Source of the DNA: Eledone cirrhosa
Taxonomy: Eukaryota
Assembly: GCA_964016885.1 (NCBI GenBank)
Contig: OZ024757.1
Location: 33,294,001 to 33,358,000, forward strand
Reading direction: 5' to 3'
DNA length: 64,000 bases
Position numbers and translations under genes: made by a program. Below the pieces are notes generated by a model. It was given only the letters and a program-made list of their open reading frames with translations, had not been told where the DNA came from and searched no databases. Positions 39,031 through 51,665 of the stretch are shown piece after piece (the first letter of the stretch is position 1; the number at the start of each line of letters is the position of its first letter).

Positions 39031-39260
39031 TCCTCTGTTGTGTCACTATATATTTGAAGACGCCACATAGCAAGTTCATTAGTGTAGTTTAGTTTAAAGA
39101 CATTTTGATGGCTGTGTAGTGAAGAAGACGATAGGATTATATCACTAACTGTTTACATTGTACTCATAACTGGTAAAATTAACATTTTCATTGCGTGAAA
39201 TATTGCCAACATACTTTTACATGTTCTAACAAGTATTTCTCTTTCTCTCTCTCTCCCTTC

Positions 39261-39337
<77 letters not shown>

Positions 39338-41340
39338 CCTAACTGTCTGTCTGTCTCTCTCTCTTTCTATCTCTACCATCTATCTCTCTCTCCCACCCAT
39401 CCCTATCTTTCTTTCTACCACCTATATCTCTCTGTCTGTCAGTCAGTCTCTCTCTCTCTCTCTCTCTCTTTCTCCCCCCCCTCTCTCTCTTATCTCTCTC
39501 TCTCTCTTCTACCTATTTCTGTTTCTATCTCTCTCCCACCTATCTCTCACTGTCTCTCCTCCCATCTCTCTCTCTCTCTCTCTTTTTCTCCCACATATTT
39601 CTCTCTGTCTGTCTCTCTCTTTCTCCCTGTTTCTCTCTCCTATCTCCTCTCACATCTCTCTTTCTCCCACTCTTTCACATCTCTCTCCCTCACACTCTCT
39701 TCCCATCCTTCCATTTTACACTTTCGCCCTCACCTCCCACCTCTCTCTCTCTTACCAACAAACACAAACCACATGTGGTGGATTGATAAGATTGACAGAG
39801 TGACTGGTAGGAGTCATTAAAACAAACTGATAGAATCACTGGTAGAGCGAATTGATAGTCACTGGTAGAGCCATTATAACGAATTGATAGAGTCATTATA
39901 ACAAATTGATAGAGTCACTGGTAGAGTCATTATAACGAATTAATAGAGTCTTTAGAACCTTGGATTATACAACAAGCATTTTAACCCATTCATAACTAAA
40001 TCAGCTGAAAATGACTTCAGTCCTATCAAAGAAAACTATCCATTTTTACAGGTTTTCTATTTAATTTTTAGTGATTTAGCAGAAATTACTTAAAACAGGA
40101 TTGTTAATTCAAATGTCTATCGTTCTGATCAATCGACAAGATCCCAGACCTCATTCGTTTGCCGAGTGGGGTGGACCTTGTCAAATCAGACCAAGGAAAC
40201 AGTGTTTCCATTTGTCTTTCCATTGCTGATACTATTTACTGGTTGCAACTCCTGGCAAAAAGAACAATGTGAAATAAAGTGTCTTGCTCAAGGACACAAT
40301 GCATCACCTAGTCCAAGAATTGAACTCGCAACCTCATGATTGTGAATCCAACTCTCTAACCACTAAGCTACGTACCTTCACCTAAATGTCTATAGGAACC
40401 TTTAATGCTGGACAGATTGTTGTGAAAATTTAAAGTATTAGAGACAAGACTTTAATATTTAATGCGGTGCAGTCATGTACTTTTCAAGAGTGGTTTGTTT
40501 TGTTAATAGTATCCTTAATCTTGGACAGAGTGTTGCAAACATTTGTAGTATTAGAAGTAAAAACTTGAATATTTAATGTGATGCTGTCATAGTATTGCTT
40601 TGTACTTTTCAAGAATGTCATGCTAATGTGATTTCATGTGGTTTGTTAATTAAAATGTTATTAGTATCTTTACTGATGGATAGACTGTTGTGAAAATTAG
40701 CAGTATTAGAGTCAAGACTTTAATATTTAATGCGATGCTGTCATAGTATTGCTTTGTACTTTGCAAGAATGTCTTGCTAATGTGGTTTCATGTGGTTTGT
40801 TAATTAAAATGTTATTAGTATCTTTGCTGATGGATAGACTGTTGTGAAAATTTGCAGTATTAGAGTCAGGACTTTAATATTTAACATGATACAGTCATTG
40901 TGCTGTTTTATACTTTTTCTGAATGTCATGCTAATGTAGTTTCATGTGGTACATTAAGAGTTAAAATAAAAATCTGGAACATTAATCGTCAAAACCAATG
41001 AAAGTTCATTTACTGTGAGACCATGAAAGTGAAGGGTTAAAGCAAGGTGATATCATGAGCTGCACCTAATATTAAAGTCAATAATCAAGATCATGTGCTC
41101 ATGACTGGAATGTCTTTGAGCACAGGTCTGCTCAGGGCTAAACAACAACAACAATAACAGCAGCAACAGTAGCAACTACATCTGACTTTCCTGTTTTGTC
41201 ATCAATCAATTACAAAAACAATTAAAAACTACTTTGATACATAATTATGATGTAGCTGGATCAATTTAAATTTCTCTGCCTAATCAGCAACAGATAATTG
41301 AGAGGTACAAGTTCTTTTAATTAATGTTAATTATTGTCAT

Positions 41341-41374
<34 letters not shown>

Positions 41375-41529
41375 GTTGCTTTTATGTCTGTTGTTTCCAT
41401 GGGTTGGATGAGACATTTTGAGGCAGGCTTTTCTTTGGCCAGATGCTCTTCTGATGAATTTATACCCAGTCCACCCTGTAAAGTGGTTGCGCTGGTGTTA
41501 CTTCAAAAAGTACCCTGTTCATGCTTTGT

Positions 41530-43070
41530 TAGACAGCCGTCTAACGAAACCCCAAAACATGACAACTTGCCTAACGAAACCTCATAAAGTGACAGCCTGT
41601 CTAACCTAGCTTCATAACTTGACAGCCTGTCTCAAGCCTCAAAACCTGACACCTGTCTAACTAAGCCACATAACATGACAGTCTGACTACCCAAACCTCA
41701 AAACCAGACAGCCTGTCTAACCCAGTCTCATAATGTGACAGCCTGCCAAAACCTTTAGCATTTACATTGCTCTATATATACTATTGTATTTTCGCACTAA
41801 AGGCTTTATCTCACATAATATTGAATCTACAAAATGTTTATAACATTTATTTTGAGAACAATACCTTGATATAAGTATGAGCAGCTGGTTATGGCCGGAT
41901 ATGGTTGGTTTAAAGTATTGTTCTCAAAATAAATAATATAAAAATCTCATAGATTCGATATTATGTGAGATAAAGCCTTTACCATGAAAATACAATAGTA
42001 AATATAGAGTAATGTAAATGCTAAAGGGTTAAGCAGTGGTTGTAGCTCCCTGAACTTTTTCCAACTCTTCTTATTCTGGCTACTGTACTTTCAGAACACC
42101 CATATCCAAGGTGTAATCCATAAGTGTTAAGAAATATGCTGGCAGACAGGAACCATTCCTTATGATAGTGAAAAGATGGAAACTTGCCTAGTATGATCAT
42201 GTAATGCACCACAGCTCCTAGTCCAAAACCATCCTTCAGGGCACAGTCAAGGGAGGGCAAATAATTCTGACCAGATATGGTTGGTTTAAATGCTAAAGGA
42301 TTAACCAAACCTGTCTAATGTGACAGCTTGCCTGACCAAGCCTCATAACATGCATGCATGGTCCAGTAACTCCTGGGGGAGCCATAGAAGTGCCGTATTG
42401 ACATGTGGTGTTTCTAGGGCATTTAAAAACCTGGTCTGATTTCCCCAGAAATCAGATCTCCCCAGGTCTGATTTCTTCCAGAGAAGGATAGAGAAAGTGA
42501 GAATGGAAGTGAGAAAAACATATAGAGAATAATCGACTCCAGAACTTGACTGCTACTTTCTTATCGACCTTGAACCATGCCTCATAACTTGACAGCTTGT
42601 TTAACTCAGTCTCAATGGGAGAACCTGTCTAACTCAGTCTCATTATGTGACAGCCTGTCTAACCTAGCCTCATAACATGACAGCCTGTCTAATGTCACAG
42701 CATGCATAATGTGATAGCCATCTAATATGACAGCATGTCTAATGTGACAGCCAGTCTAACATGATAGCCTGCTTAATGTGACAGCATGTCTAATATGACA
42801 ACTTGTCTAATGTAACAGCCCATCGAATGTCACAGTCCATCTAATATGGTAGTCTGTCTAATATGACAGCCTGCCTAATGTGAAAGCTCTCGAATGTGAC
42901 AGCTGTCTAATGTCACAGTCTATCTATAACATGACAGCTGTCTAATGTGACAGCCTGTCTAACATAACATCCTGTCTAACATGATAGACTGTCTAATGTC
43001 ACAGTCTGTTTAACATGACAGCCATCTAACCAAGCTTCATAATGAGACAACCTGTCTAACCATGCCTCAA
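41530..43070. repeat. Short-unit (tgacagcctgtctaa) minisatellite interrupted by MITE/SINE pieces
   Basis: Many degenerate ~19-29-bp units. Confidence 0.75.
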
Positions 43071-43179
43071 ACAATTTTTTAATTATTTCCTGTATTCGAG
43101 ACTCTCACATTTCCAAATTTTCAAATGGATAAATATTTATACAAACTGGAGTCTAGGCTTAGTGTTATGTTGACTGGCT

Positions 43180-44539
43180 CCACCACCACCACCACCATCA
43201 TCATCACCATCATACTACCACTACCACCACAACCATCAACATCACCACTACCACCACCATCGTAACCATACAATCATCATCATCACTACCACTATCATCA
43301 TCATCATCATACAACCACCATCACCATCATCACCATAATCAAACTACCACTACAACCATCATCACCACTACCACCACCATCATCATCATTATCATACTAC
43401 CACCACCACCATCACTACTACAACCATCATCATCATCACCACTACCTCCATCATCATCATACCACTACCATCACCATCACCACCAGCTTCATACCAATCC
43501 AACCATCATTGTCATTATCACCACCACAGCTACAACCACCATCATCATCATACCACTACTTCCTCCATCATCACCACCTTCATACCACTAACACAACCAT
43601 CACCATACCATCATCATCATCACCATACCACCACCATCACCACCTTCATACGACTACCATAACCATCGTCATCATTATACCATCATCACCATCATCATCA
43701 TCACCAGTTTCATACCACCACCACAATCATTATCATCATCCTCACCACCACCACCACCGTCACTACAACCAGCACCCCTACCACAACCATTACCACTACC
43801 ATCATACCACTTCCATCACCACCACCACCACCATCATTATTTAGTAGCATAAATCTACCAATATTATGACTGTTTACTGAAGGATTTGGCATTACTAAGA
43901 CAAAGAACTATTTGGTTGATTCTAATAAGTATCACCACCGCCACCACCATCACTGCCACTGCTATCACCATCACCACCACCACCATTGCTATCATTATCA
44001 TTACCACCACCATCACCACTGCACCACCACAACTACCACCACCATCACCACTGCCACCACCACCACTACCATCATTGTTATCATTATCACCACAACTACC
44101 ACCACCACTACCATCATTGTTATCATTATCACCACAACTACCACCACCTTCACCACTGCCACCACCACACCCACCAGCATCATCACCACTGCCACCACCA
44201 TCATCACCACTACCATCAATGCTATCATTATCATTACCACCACAACTACCACCACCACTGCCACCACCACAACTACAACTAAAAATCACTGCCACCACAC
44301 CCACCACTGCCACCACCACAACCATCATCACCACCACCACCACCATCATCACTGCTACCACCACTATCATCATTGCTACCACCACCACTGCTACCAGCAC
44401 CACCACTATCATCATTACCACCACACCCACCAGTATCATCACCATTACTACCACCACCACCATCACTGCTACCACCACTATCATCACCACCACCACCACC
44501 ATCATAACTATCACTACCACCACCATCACCATCATCATA

Positions 44540-44573
<34 letters not shown>

Positions 44574-44650
44574 TAGCGATCACTACCATCACCACCACCA
44601 CTGCCACCACCACCACCACCACTACCATCACCACCACCATCATCATCTCA
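43180..44650. repeat. (CAC/CAT)n low-complexity tracts
   Basis: Direct inspection; source of poly-H/T/V ORFs. Confidence 0.9.
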
Positions 44651-45297
44651 CACTATACCAGCCCCTTCCTATTGCCCCTCCAGCAGAGTGTTGAAGGAAT
44701 CTGACGGAAATGGAAAGGGGGTGTTGTATGTGTTGTGGGAGGGGGAAAGGGAGAAATCAATAAACGGTTTATTGATTAGTTTGATGGTATTTATTGACTT
44801 TTATCAATCAATGTTGCGTGTAATTTCGACGAAAACAAAGCGGAAAGACAAGGCAGACATATTGCCTCTTGCTGGGGTGGAATGAGTGGGTGGAGGTGTG
44901 GGTAGGTGTGGTGGTGTGGGGGGGGGGGGTTAGAGATGCTAAGGTGTTTATGTGTGTGGGGGGGGGGGGGGGGTAAAGGTGGGTTGAGAAATGGGGGAAG
45001 CTGTATTTGTGTGGGGTGGTATGGTGGGTGGGTTGAGAGATGTGAAAGTGTGTATATGGGGGAATGATGGGTGGGTGGGAGATGGACGGGGGTAGAGAGA
45101 CAGGAAGATCTGTGTGTAGGGTATGGGCGTGGAGAAATGGGAAGTGTGTGTGTGAAGGGTATGGGCGTATGTGGGTGAAGATATGGGAAGTGTGTGTGTG
45201 TGGAGATATGGGAAGGTGTGTGTGTGTGTGTAGAAGGTATGTGTATGTGGAGAAATGGGAAATATGGGAGGTTAAGGGTGGGTGGAGAGATGAGTAG

Positions 45298-45329
<32 letters not shown>

Positions 45330-46929
45330 AGAGATGAGCAGCTGTATGTGTATGTGTATGTGTGTGTGGAGAGATGAGCAGCTGTGTGTGTGTGTGTGTG
45401 TGTGGAGAGATGAGAAGTTGTGTGTGTGGGTGTGTGGAAAGATGAGTAGCTGTGTGTGTGTGTGTGAAAAGATGAGTAGCTGTATGTGTGAGTGCGTGTG
45501 TAGAAGGATGAGAAGCTGCATGTGTGTGTGTAGAGAGAGAGAGAGACAAGTAGCTGTATGCTTGTGTGTGTGTGGAGCTTGGGGCTGTGTGTGTGTGTGT
45601 GGAGAGAGAGTGAGAGAATAGAAATGAGAAAGAGATATAGAGGAAGAATTGACCCCAGTACCTGACTGGTACTTTTTTTTATCAACCTCAAAAGGATGAA
45701 AGCAAAGTCGACCTTAGCAGGATTTGAACTCGAGAGCAGAGAGCTGAAATGTATACGGTAAAGCATTTTATCCAACATTCTAATGACTCTGCCAATTTCC
45801 CGTTTGTATTTACAATGGGTACACCATATCTTCGCGATTAAAAGGGTTGGTGTCAGGAAGGACATCCAGTTGTTAGAATATTGCCTCAAAACGTCCAATC
45901 TAACCCTTGCCAACAGACATAACAATGTTATTTTGAAATAAGTTCCTTGAATTCTTGACTTTACTAACTTTTCTTCTCAAAACAAGAACTAAGAAAAAAT
46001 AATTGTAGAGTGTTGTAGCTTGCTTGAAGCAAAACTTTTGATGAAGGGATTTTTATCCAAAATATAAAGAACCAATAAAGAACTGCAAGGCAGCAAATTG
46101 GCAGAGTTGTTAGAATGTCAGATAGAATGCTTTACAGCATTCGTTCAGTTCTCTGGTCTCTGAGTTCAAATCCTGCTGAGGTTAACTTTACCTTCCATCC
46201 ATTCGAGGTTGTTAAAAAAAAGTAGTCAAGTACTGGGGTCGATTCTTCCTCTACATCTCTTTCTCACTTCCATTCTCTCACCCTCTATCCTTCTCTGGAT
46301 GAAATCTGCTGAATTCAGACCTGCAGAGATGGGCTCTGTCAGGTAGTGCCAGATTTAGGACAAATGTGTGTTAGTTAAGTTATGAGGCCCCTTACTTCGG
46401 CCTTGAAGGAGGTAAACAAAATTTTTGGCCAATGGGGCACTGTGTTTAAGCACACCTAAGCATAATGGTAAATCCGGCATTGCTGTCAGGTTGAAAAAAA
46501 GAATGCCCTAGAAACGCCCCTATGATTGCTTCAAGATTTACAGGACCCTGCATAAAGGGCTGCAAGGTAATATCCCAACATCGTTGTTATATTTTAAACA
46601 TTTACCGTCACATTGTGGCAGCTTTCAACAAAATACTAGTTTTTAAACAAAAAACTGTTAACCAAAGAAACAGGTAAAAACATTTCCCTAGCGTATTAGA
46701 ATGTCCTGAGGTCCCTGTCCCTGAACCAAAACCTGGCGATGGGCCTGCCTAGACCCGCTTTCACAATATAAGTATGTGTGGCTGTATATTGCAGCCTGCT
46801 TTTGCATATAAATATACGTCTGTACTCCTTTGAAAGTATCCACACCATGAAAATTTAAATGAGAGAGAAAGAGGCAAACACATAATAATAATAATAATGA
46901 TTTCTTTATTTCTTTATTTATTATATATA

Positions 46930-47121
46930 ATAATTGTTTCTACTTTTTGGCACAAGGCCAGCAATTACCCAGTGCATTACTGGTACTTTATTTTATCGAC
47001 CCCTGTAAGGATGAAAGGCAAAGTTAACCTCGGCGGGATTTGAACTCAGATCATAAAGGGACGTAACTCTATGCTTCAAAGCATGGTGTCCGATTCTCTA
47101 CCGATACTGCCAATCCACCGC
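46930..47121 (-). mobile_element. SINE family 1 copy abutting the Penelope element
   Basis: Near-identical to 25655-25840. Confidence 0.85.
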
Positions 47122-47164
47122 AATGTATATATATATATATATATTTATTAAAATAACAGATTAA

Positions 47165-47215
47165 AGTTTAAGCAAAGAATCGCTGCTTTCACCCTTAACG
47201 GGATCTTCTGAAACT
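47165..47215 (-). ncRNA. Second copy of the same hammerhead motif in the inverted arm
   Basis: Reverse complement of 48409-48459. Confidence 0.6.
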
Positions 47216-47425
47216 AACAAAGTCAATCTGTGAATGCAGAAGTGAATATTTCAAAAAATGTTGCAACCGAAGGAAGACAGGAAGACGGTACTTTGGTTCG
47301 TGGAAACATTCCCTTCACCAAACATACAGGTAATATATACTTACCTATGCAAATAAGTAATGGTACAAACATAACATATACTTAGCTACCACATCAAGAC
47401 GTAAAATATCCGCGTATAGATCGTA

Positions 47426-47749
47426 TTATCCGTTAGGGTATAATGTGGGGCTGTAATACAGGAAAGTTTTGTGCAATTTATGTTTACAAGCCGAAATTGC
47501 CTCAGATTTTTTGTTTAAGATGTGGTCCGTGGCGTAGAGTATTTCCAGGGCCTCAGCGGCGCAGAGGTCACATGGTATTTTATTTCCGTTATACGATCTA
47601 GCCCTAGCTAGGATCTCCCAGTGTAACTTATATTGGGTGTGGTTGTCTTTTAGACTCCAGATATAAGCTGAAAGTGACGTCATATTCCTTCTTAGAGGGT
47701 AACGAAAAGAATGGGTATGCATGTAAAGACGCTGCTTGAATCTATTGGC
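47426..47749 (-). pseudogene. Inverted duplicate of the C-terminal part of the GIY-YIG domain
   Basis: Identical protein to 47875-48198 but lacks the IVY/YLG motifs. Confidence 0.8.
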
Positions 47750-47805
47750 ATTTCTCGGATAGGTGGCAAGCCGAATGATACGCTTAATTACATAAGTAAG
47801 CATTC

Positions 47806-48198
47806 TCTAGTAACATTGTCTACAAATGTAAGGTTGAAACACCCACGTCTCGTAGGGCCTACTTAGGGTTAACCGCCAATAGATTCAAGCAGCGTCTTTA
47901 CATGCATACCCATTCTTTTCGTTACCCTCTAAGAAGGAATATGACGTCACTTTCAGCTTATATCTGGAGTCTAAAAGACAACCACACCCAATATAAGTTA
48001 CACTGGGAGATCCTAGCTAGGGCTAGATCGTATAACGGAAATAAAATACCATGTGACCTCTGCGCCGCTGAGGCCCTGGAAATACTCTACGCCACGGACC
48101 ACATCTTAAACAAAAAATCTGAGGCAATTTCGGCTTGTAAACATAAATTGCACAAAACTTTCCTGTATTACAGCCCCACATTATACCCTAACGGATAG
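47806..48198 (+). pseudogene. GIY-YIG endonuclease domain of a Penelope-like element (NIVYKC...AYLGLTANRFKQRLYMH...CDLC...LNKKSE...CKH)
   Basis: Manual translation upstream of track ORF 47902 recovers IVY...YLG, the R-xxx-H motif, CxxC, catalytic E and LN; fused out of frame to an RT remnant, so non-autonomous. Confidence 0.85.
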
Positions 48199-48408
48199 TA
48201 CGATCTATACGCGGATATTTTACGTCTTGATGTGGTAGCTAAGTATATGTTATGTTTGTACCATTACTTATTTGCATAGGTAAGTATATATTACCTGTAT
48301 GTTTTGTGAAGGGAATGTTTCCACGAACCAAAGTACCGTCTTCCTGTCTTCCTTCGGTTGCAACGTTTTTTGAAATATTCACTTCTGCATTCACAGATTG
48401 ACTTTGTT

Positions 48409-48459
48409 AGTTTCAGAAGATCCCGTTAAGGGTGAAAGCAGCGATTCTTTGCTTAAACT
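48409..48459 (+). ncRNA. Type I hammerhead ribozyme motif (variant core CAGAAGA) in the Penelope pLTR
   Basis: agttt-CAGAAGA-tccc(gttaa)gggt-GAAA-gca(gcgattctt)tgc-TT-aaact; stems I, II and III pair. Confidence 0.65.
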
Positions 48460-48704
48460 TTAATCTGTTATTTTAATAAATATTTGCTCTACGGTTCTTA
48501 TATATTTGATATATATTTATCCTTATCGAGCCCTCTTTGGATTTTAGTTTTCAAATTTATTATTATTACTATATATATATATATATATATAAAATCCAGA
48601 GTAACAAGATTCCCTATTTAGCCTTAATAAAATAAATATTTAAACTCTACTTCGGTATTGAGTACACTTTTCTCTCGATCGTCAACTACATACGGACACA
48701 GACA

Positions 48705-48743
<39 letters not shown>

Positions 48744-48809
48744 GGATTGCACTGGGTAATTGCTGGCCTTGTGCCAAAAAGTAGAAACAATTAATATTAT
48801 TCATAATTG

Positions 48810-48856
<47 letters not shown>

Positions 48857-49739
48857 ACACATACACATTTCCCAAATGGTGTGTTTTTTTTACATTTAAA
48901 AAAAAATTTCACTCAAAATTATTTATAGAAAACGTATAAAGTTTTATATTTCAAAAATATTCTTCCATATTTTGTTTATATTTCCCCTCTCTCAACAAAG
49001 AACTACCATTCTACTTTTAAGTAAAATTACAATTTTCTTTCATTTAAATTTAAATATTTACGAGAATATTTATAGAACAAAAGAAGTGGCATGCACAATA
49101 AGCAGCCGGAGCTCAGCCGTCGGGGTCCTGAATCTTTTCACTCACATACATATATATACACACACAGAGATATATATGCTATATAATGTACTTTAAGTGT
49201 CAGTCGGGTCATCTTAGTGTGTAAGCGAACATATGCGCGCGTGTATATATATATATATATACTTACACAAGGTGCCCCCTCCCTCCCCCAAATGTAATCA
49301 CACTTCAACAGCATTCTAATAAAAGTGTGTATACATTTTTTGGGACACCCTCTATATATATATATATACAATATTCATTTTATTAAGGCTAAATAGACAG
49401 TCTTGTTATTCTGGAGTCTCACCTGCTATACACCGCCACCCCCCGCATATATATATATACCCCACTCTCAAGAGCGTGAAACTAATAAACCTTTGTTCGT
49501 ACTGCCTCTCTGTTTTGTTCCCGTTCAATTTTTTACTATATATAGAATCTGGTCCCTTACGATTTGAACACATATATGTATATATCTGTGTTTATCTCTC
49601 TCTTATATTCAATTATATTACACGGCTCGGAAATATTTCTTTCCTTGAGCTATTTAATTGTAAGAGACTATTTTGAGTTCTGGTCCAGAAATAGTTGTCG
49701 AAACGGCTTGAGCTCTGCCGTCGGGGTTCTGACTCTTTT

Positions 49740-49781
<42 letters not shown>

Positions 49782-49852
49782 AAAAGAGTCAGAACCCAGT
49801 GGGGTGGGGTTGTCGGAATCAACAGTGCTTCAACTTAACATATCTGTGTGTG

Positions 49853-49886
<34 letters not shown>

Positions 49887-49939
49887 GATATGCTAAGTTG
49901 AAGCACTGTTGATTCCGACAACCCCACCCCACTGGCTGA

Positions 49940-50060
49940 GTTCCAGCCAGCTCGTGAGACCAACGTCCACAGACAAGCACGTGCACCCTTAGCTTGGTTA
50001 CCATGGAGATGGAAGCAGGACAGCGGCGCGTGACACGTCTGGTCACGTAGAATTCACAGG
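49940..50060. promoter_or_regulatory. CpG-rich promoter-like patch with an RFX X-box
   Basis: GGTTACCATGGAGAT at 49996-50010; CACGTG/TCACGT/GCGCGTGAC motifs in otherwise CpG-poor DNA. Confidence 0.45.
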
Positions 50061-50256
50061 TAGAAACGTTTACGATTGATTTCGGCCAACTGACTGGACT
50101 GGGGCAATGTGAAATATTGTGTCATGCTTAAAGACATGACGAGCCGACAGTTGCGCTTTAAATAAAACGATTTTTATTACTTATCGAACGTTATATATAT
50201 ATATATATATTATTAAATACTGTTGGCTTCACGCTCACAATAATTTCTATACTTTC

Positions 50257-50293
<37 letters not shown>

Positions 50294-51001
50294 CACTATA
50301 TATATATTGAATTGAGTTTGAATTATTTTCCCATATCTTACGTTAAATATTTTCCATTTTGACGTTATAGTCACTCATATATTATAAAATACTGTTGGCT
50401 TCTTGCTCACATTAATTTCTCTATTTTCATTTCATTTATATATATATATAACTACACCACACACACACATGCTGCAATGTACTTTACGTGTCTCGTTACA
50501 AGCCTTATGGAGAATGAACAAAAAAAGAAACGAAAGGGGCGCAAGTTTAAAAAAATCTAGGTCGGCTCTAAGTTTGGGGCGCCTCACCTATGCCTGAGGT
50601 GGGAGACAATCAGCTTTGGCTTTAAAGGTAGTGCTGGGACTGCTACGGCGATTCAATTCTCTAGGGACAAGATTTTTTAAAATTTGTGTTATTTATTCCT
50701 GTAATAAATTATTAGAAAGATATTACGCAACCCACACTATAATTAATAATTAGTTACAAATTTATTATATACAGTGTGTACCCCAAAAATGCATACACAC
50801 TTCAACAGCATTCTAATAAATAGTTTCTACTTTAAGCACAAGGCAAGCAATTTGAAAGAGTGGGAGAAAGTCGATTAAATCGACCCCAGTACATTATTGG
50901 TGCTTTATTTTATCAACCCCATAAGGATGAATAGCAAAGTATTCTAATAAATATTGCCTGTACAGGTAATCAAAGTATGTATACATTTTTTGGGGACACC
51001 C

Positions 51002-51049
<48 letters not shown>

Positions 51050-51370
51050 AAAGGTTATGGTCCACCTGGTTCCTTACCACACTTCCTTCGTTATATATAT
51101 ATATATATATATATATAAGTAGAAGGGGTATTTAATTTGTTGGAAGTCCGACAAATATAAATGTTTATAACTAATTTAGAGCACTCAACAGCCCTATCCA
51201 GTGAATTTCCAACCGATAAGGTATGATTTTCATGGGTATGTCTCTATTTATAAAACAAACTTTGTATTTTATCTGATGAAAGCGTACCAATGTTGTCTTG
51301 GTACCCTTGAAATATATATAATAAAATAAATATGGTTTTATAAATATAGTTTCCATTTATTTAATATCAT

Positions 51371-51425
<55 letters not shown>

Positions 51426-51580
51426 GGAAAAAATGAAACGAAATTTCATTTTTCACTCTTAGTACGGCTGTTACTTAAATATAAGTATGTATACGTACAT
51501 ACATATATGTATACAGACGTACAGTAGTATGTATATATATACATACATACACACATATATATATGTACGTATGGATTCAC

Positions 51581-51665
51581 CGAACATTTATTATAATGCT
51601 CGGTTTGTTTGTAAACAAACATCCCGAATTAAGCCGTACAGTGTTTAGCAACCATCGTTGCCCTT
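51581..51665 (-). promoter_or_regulatory. Candidate STK33 promoter/non-coding first exon with forkhead and RFX half-sites
   Basis: GTTTGTTTGTAAACAAACA (51603-51621), GTTTAGCAAC and GTTGCCC (51643-51663), minus-strand G|gtgaat donor at 51580. Confidence 0.4.

Larger units (their letters stand above)
47141..48575 (+). mobile_element. Penelope-like retroelement, internally deleted, with a 609-bp inverted pLTR/EN duplication
   Basis: Arms 47141-47749 and 47875-48483 are reverse complements (3 mismatches noticed); GIY-YIG EN, RT-thumb remnant KPNDTLNYISKHS (47768-47806), HHR motif; (TA)n on both sides. Confidence 0.9.

Noticed and set aside
37896-39092. Gly/Pro/Val-rich ORFs (extensin-like)
   Set aside because: Trinucleotide microsatellite artefacts
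39195-39803. 202-aa Ser/Leu ORF
   Set aside because: (CT)n low-complexity tract
43509-44704. Long His/Thr/Val/Pro-rich ORFs (up to 272 aa)
   Set aside because: Open in several frames and both strands because of (CAC/CAT)n; no splice or domain evidence
44791-45925. His/Thr-rich ORFs
   Set aside because: (GT)n-based minisatellite
47426-48198. Divergent pair of identical host genes
   Set aside because: They are the two arms of one Penelope-like inverted repeat encoding a truncated GIY-YIG domain
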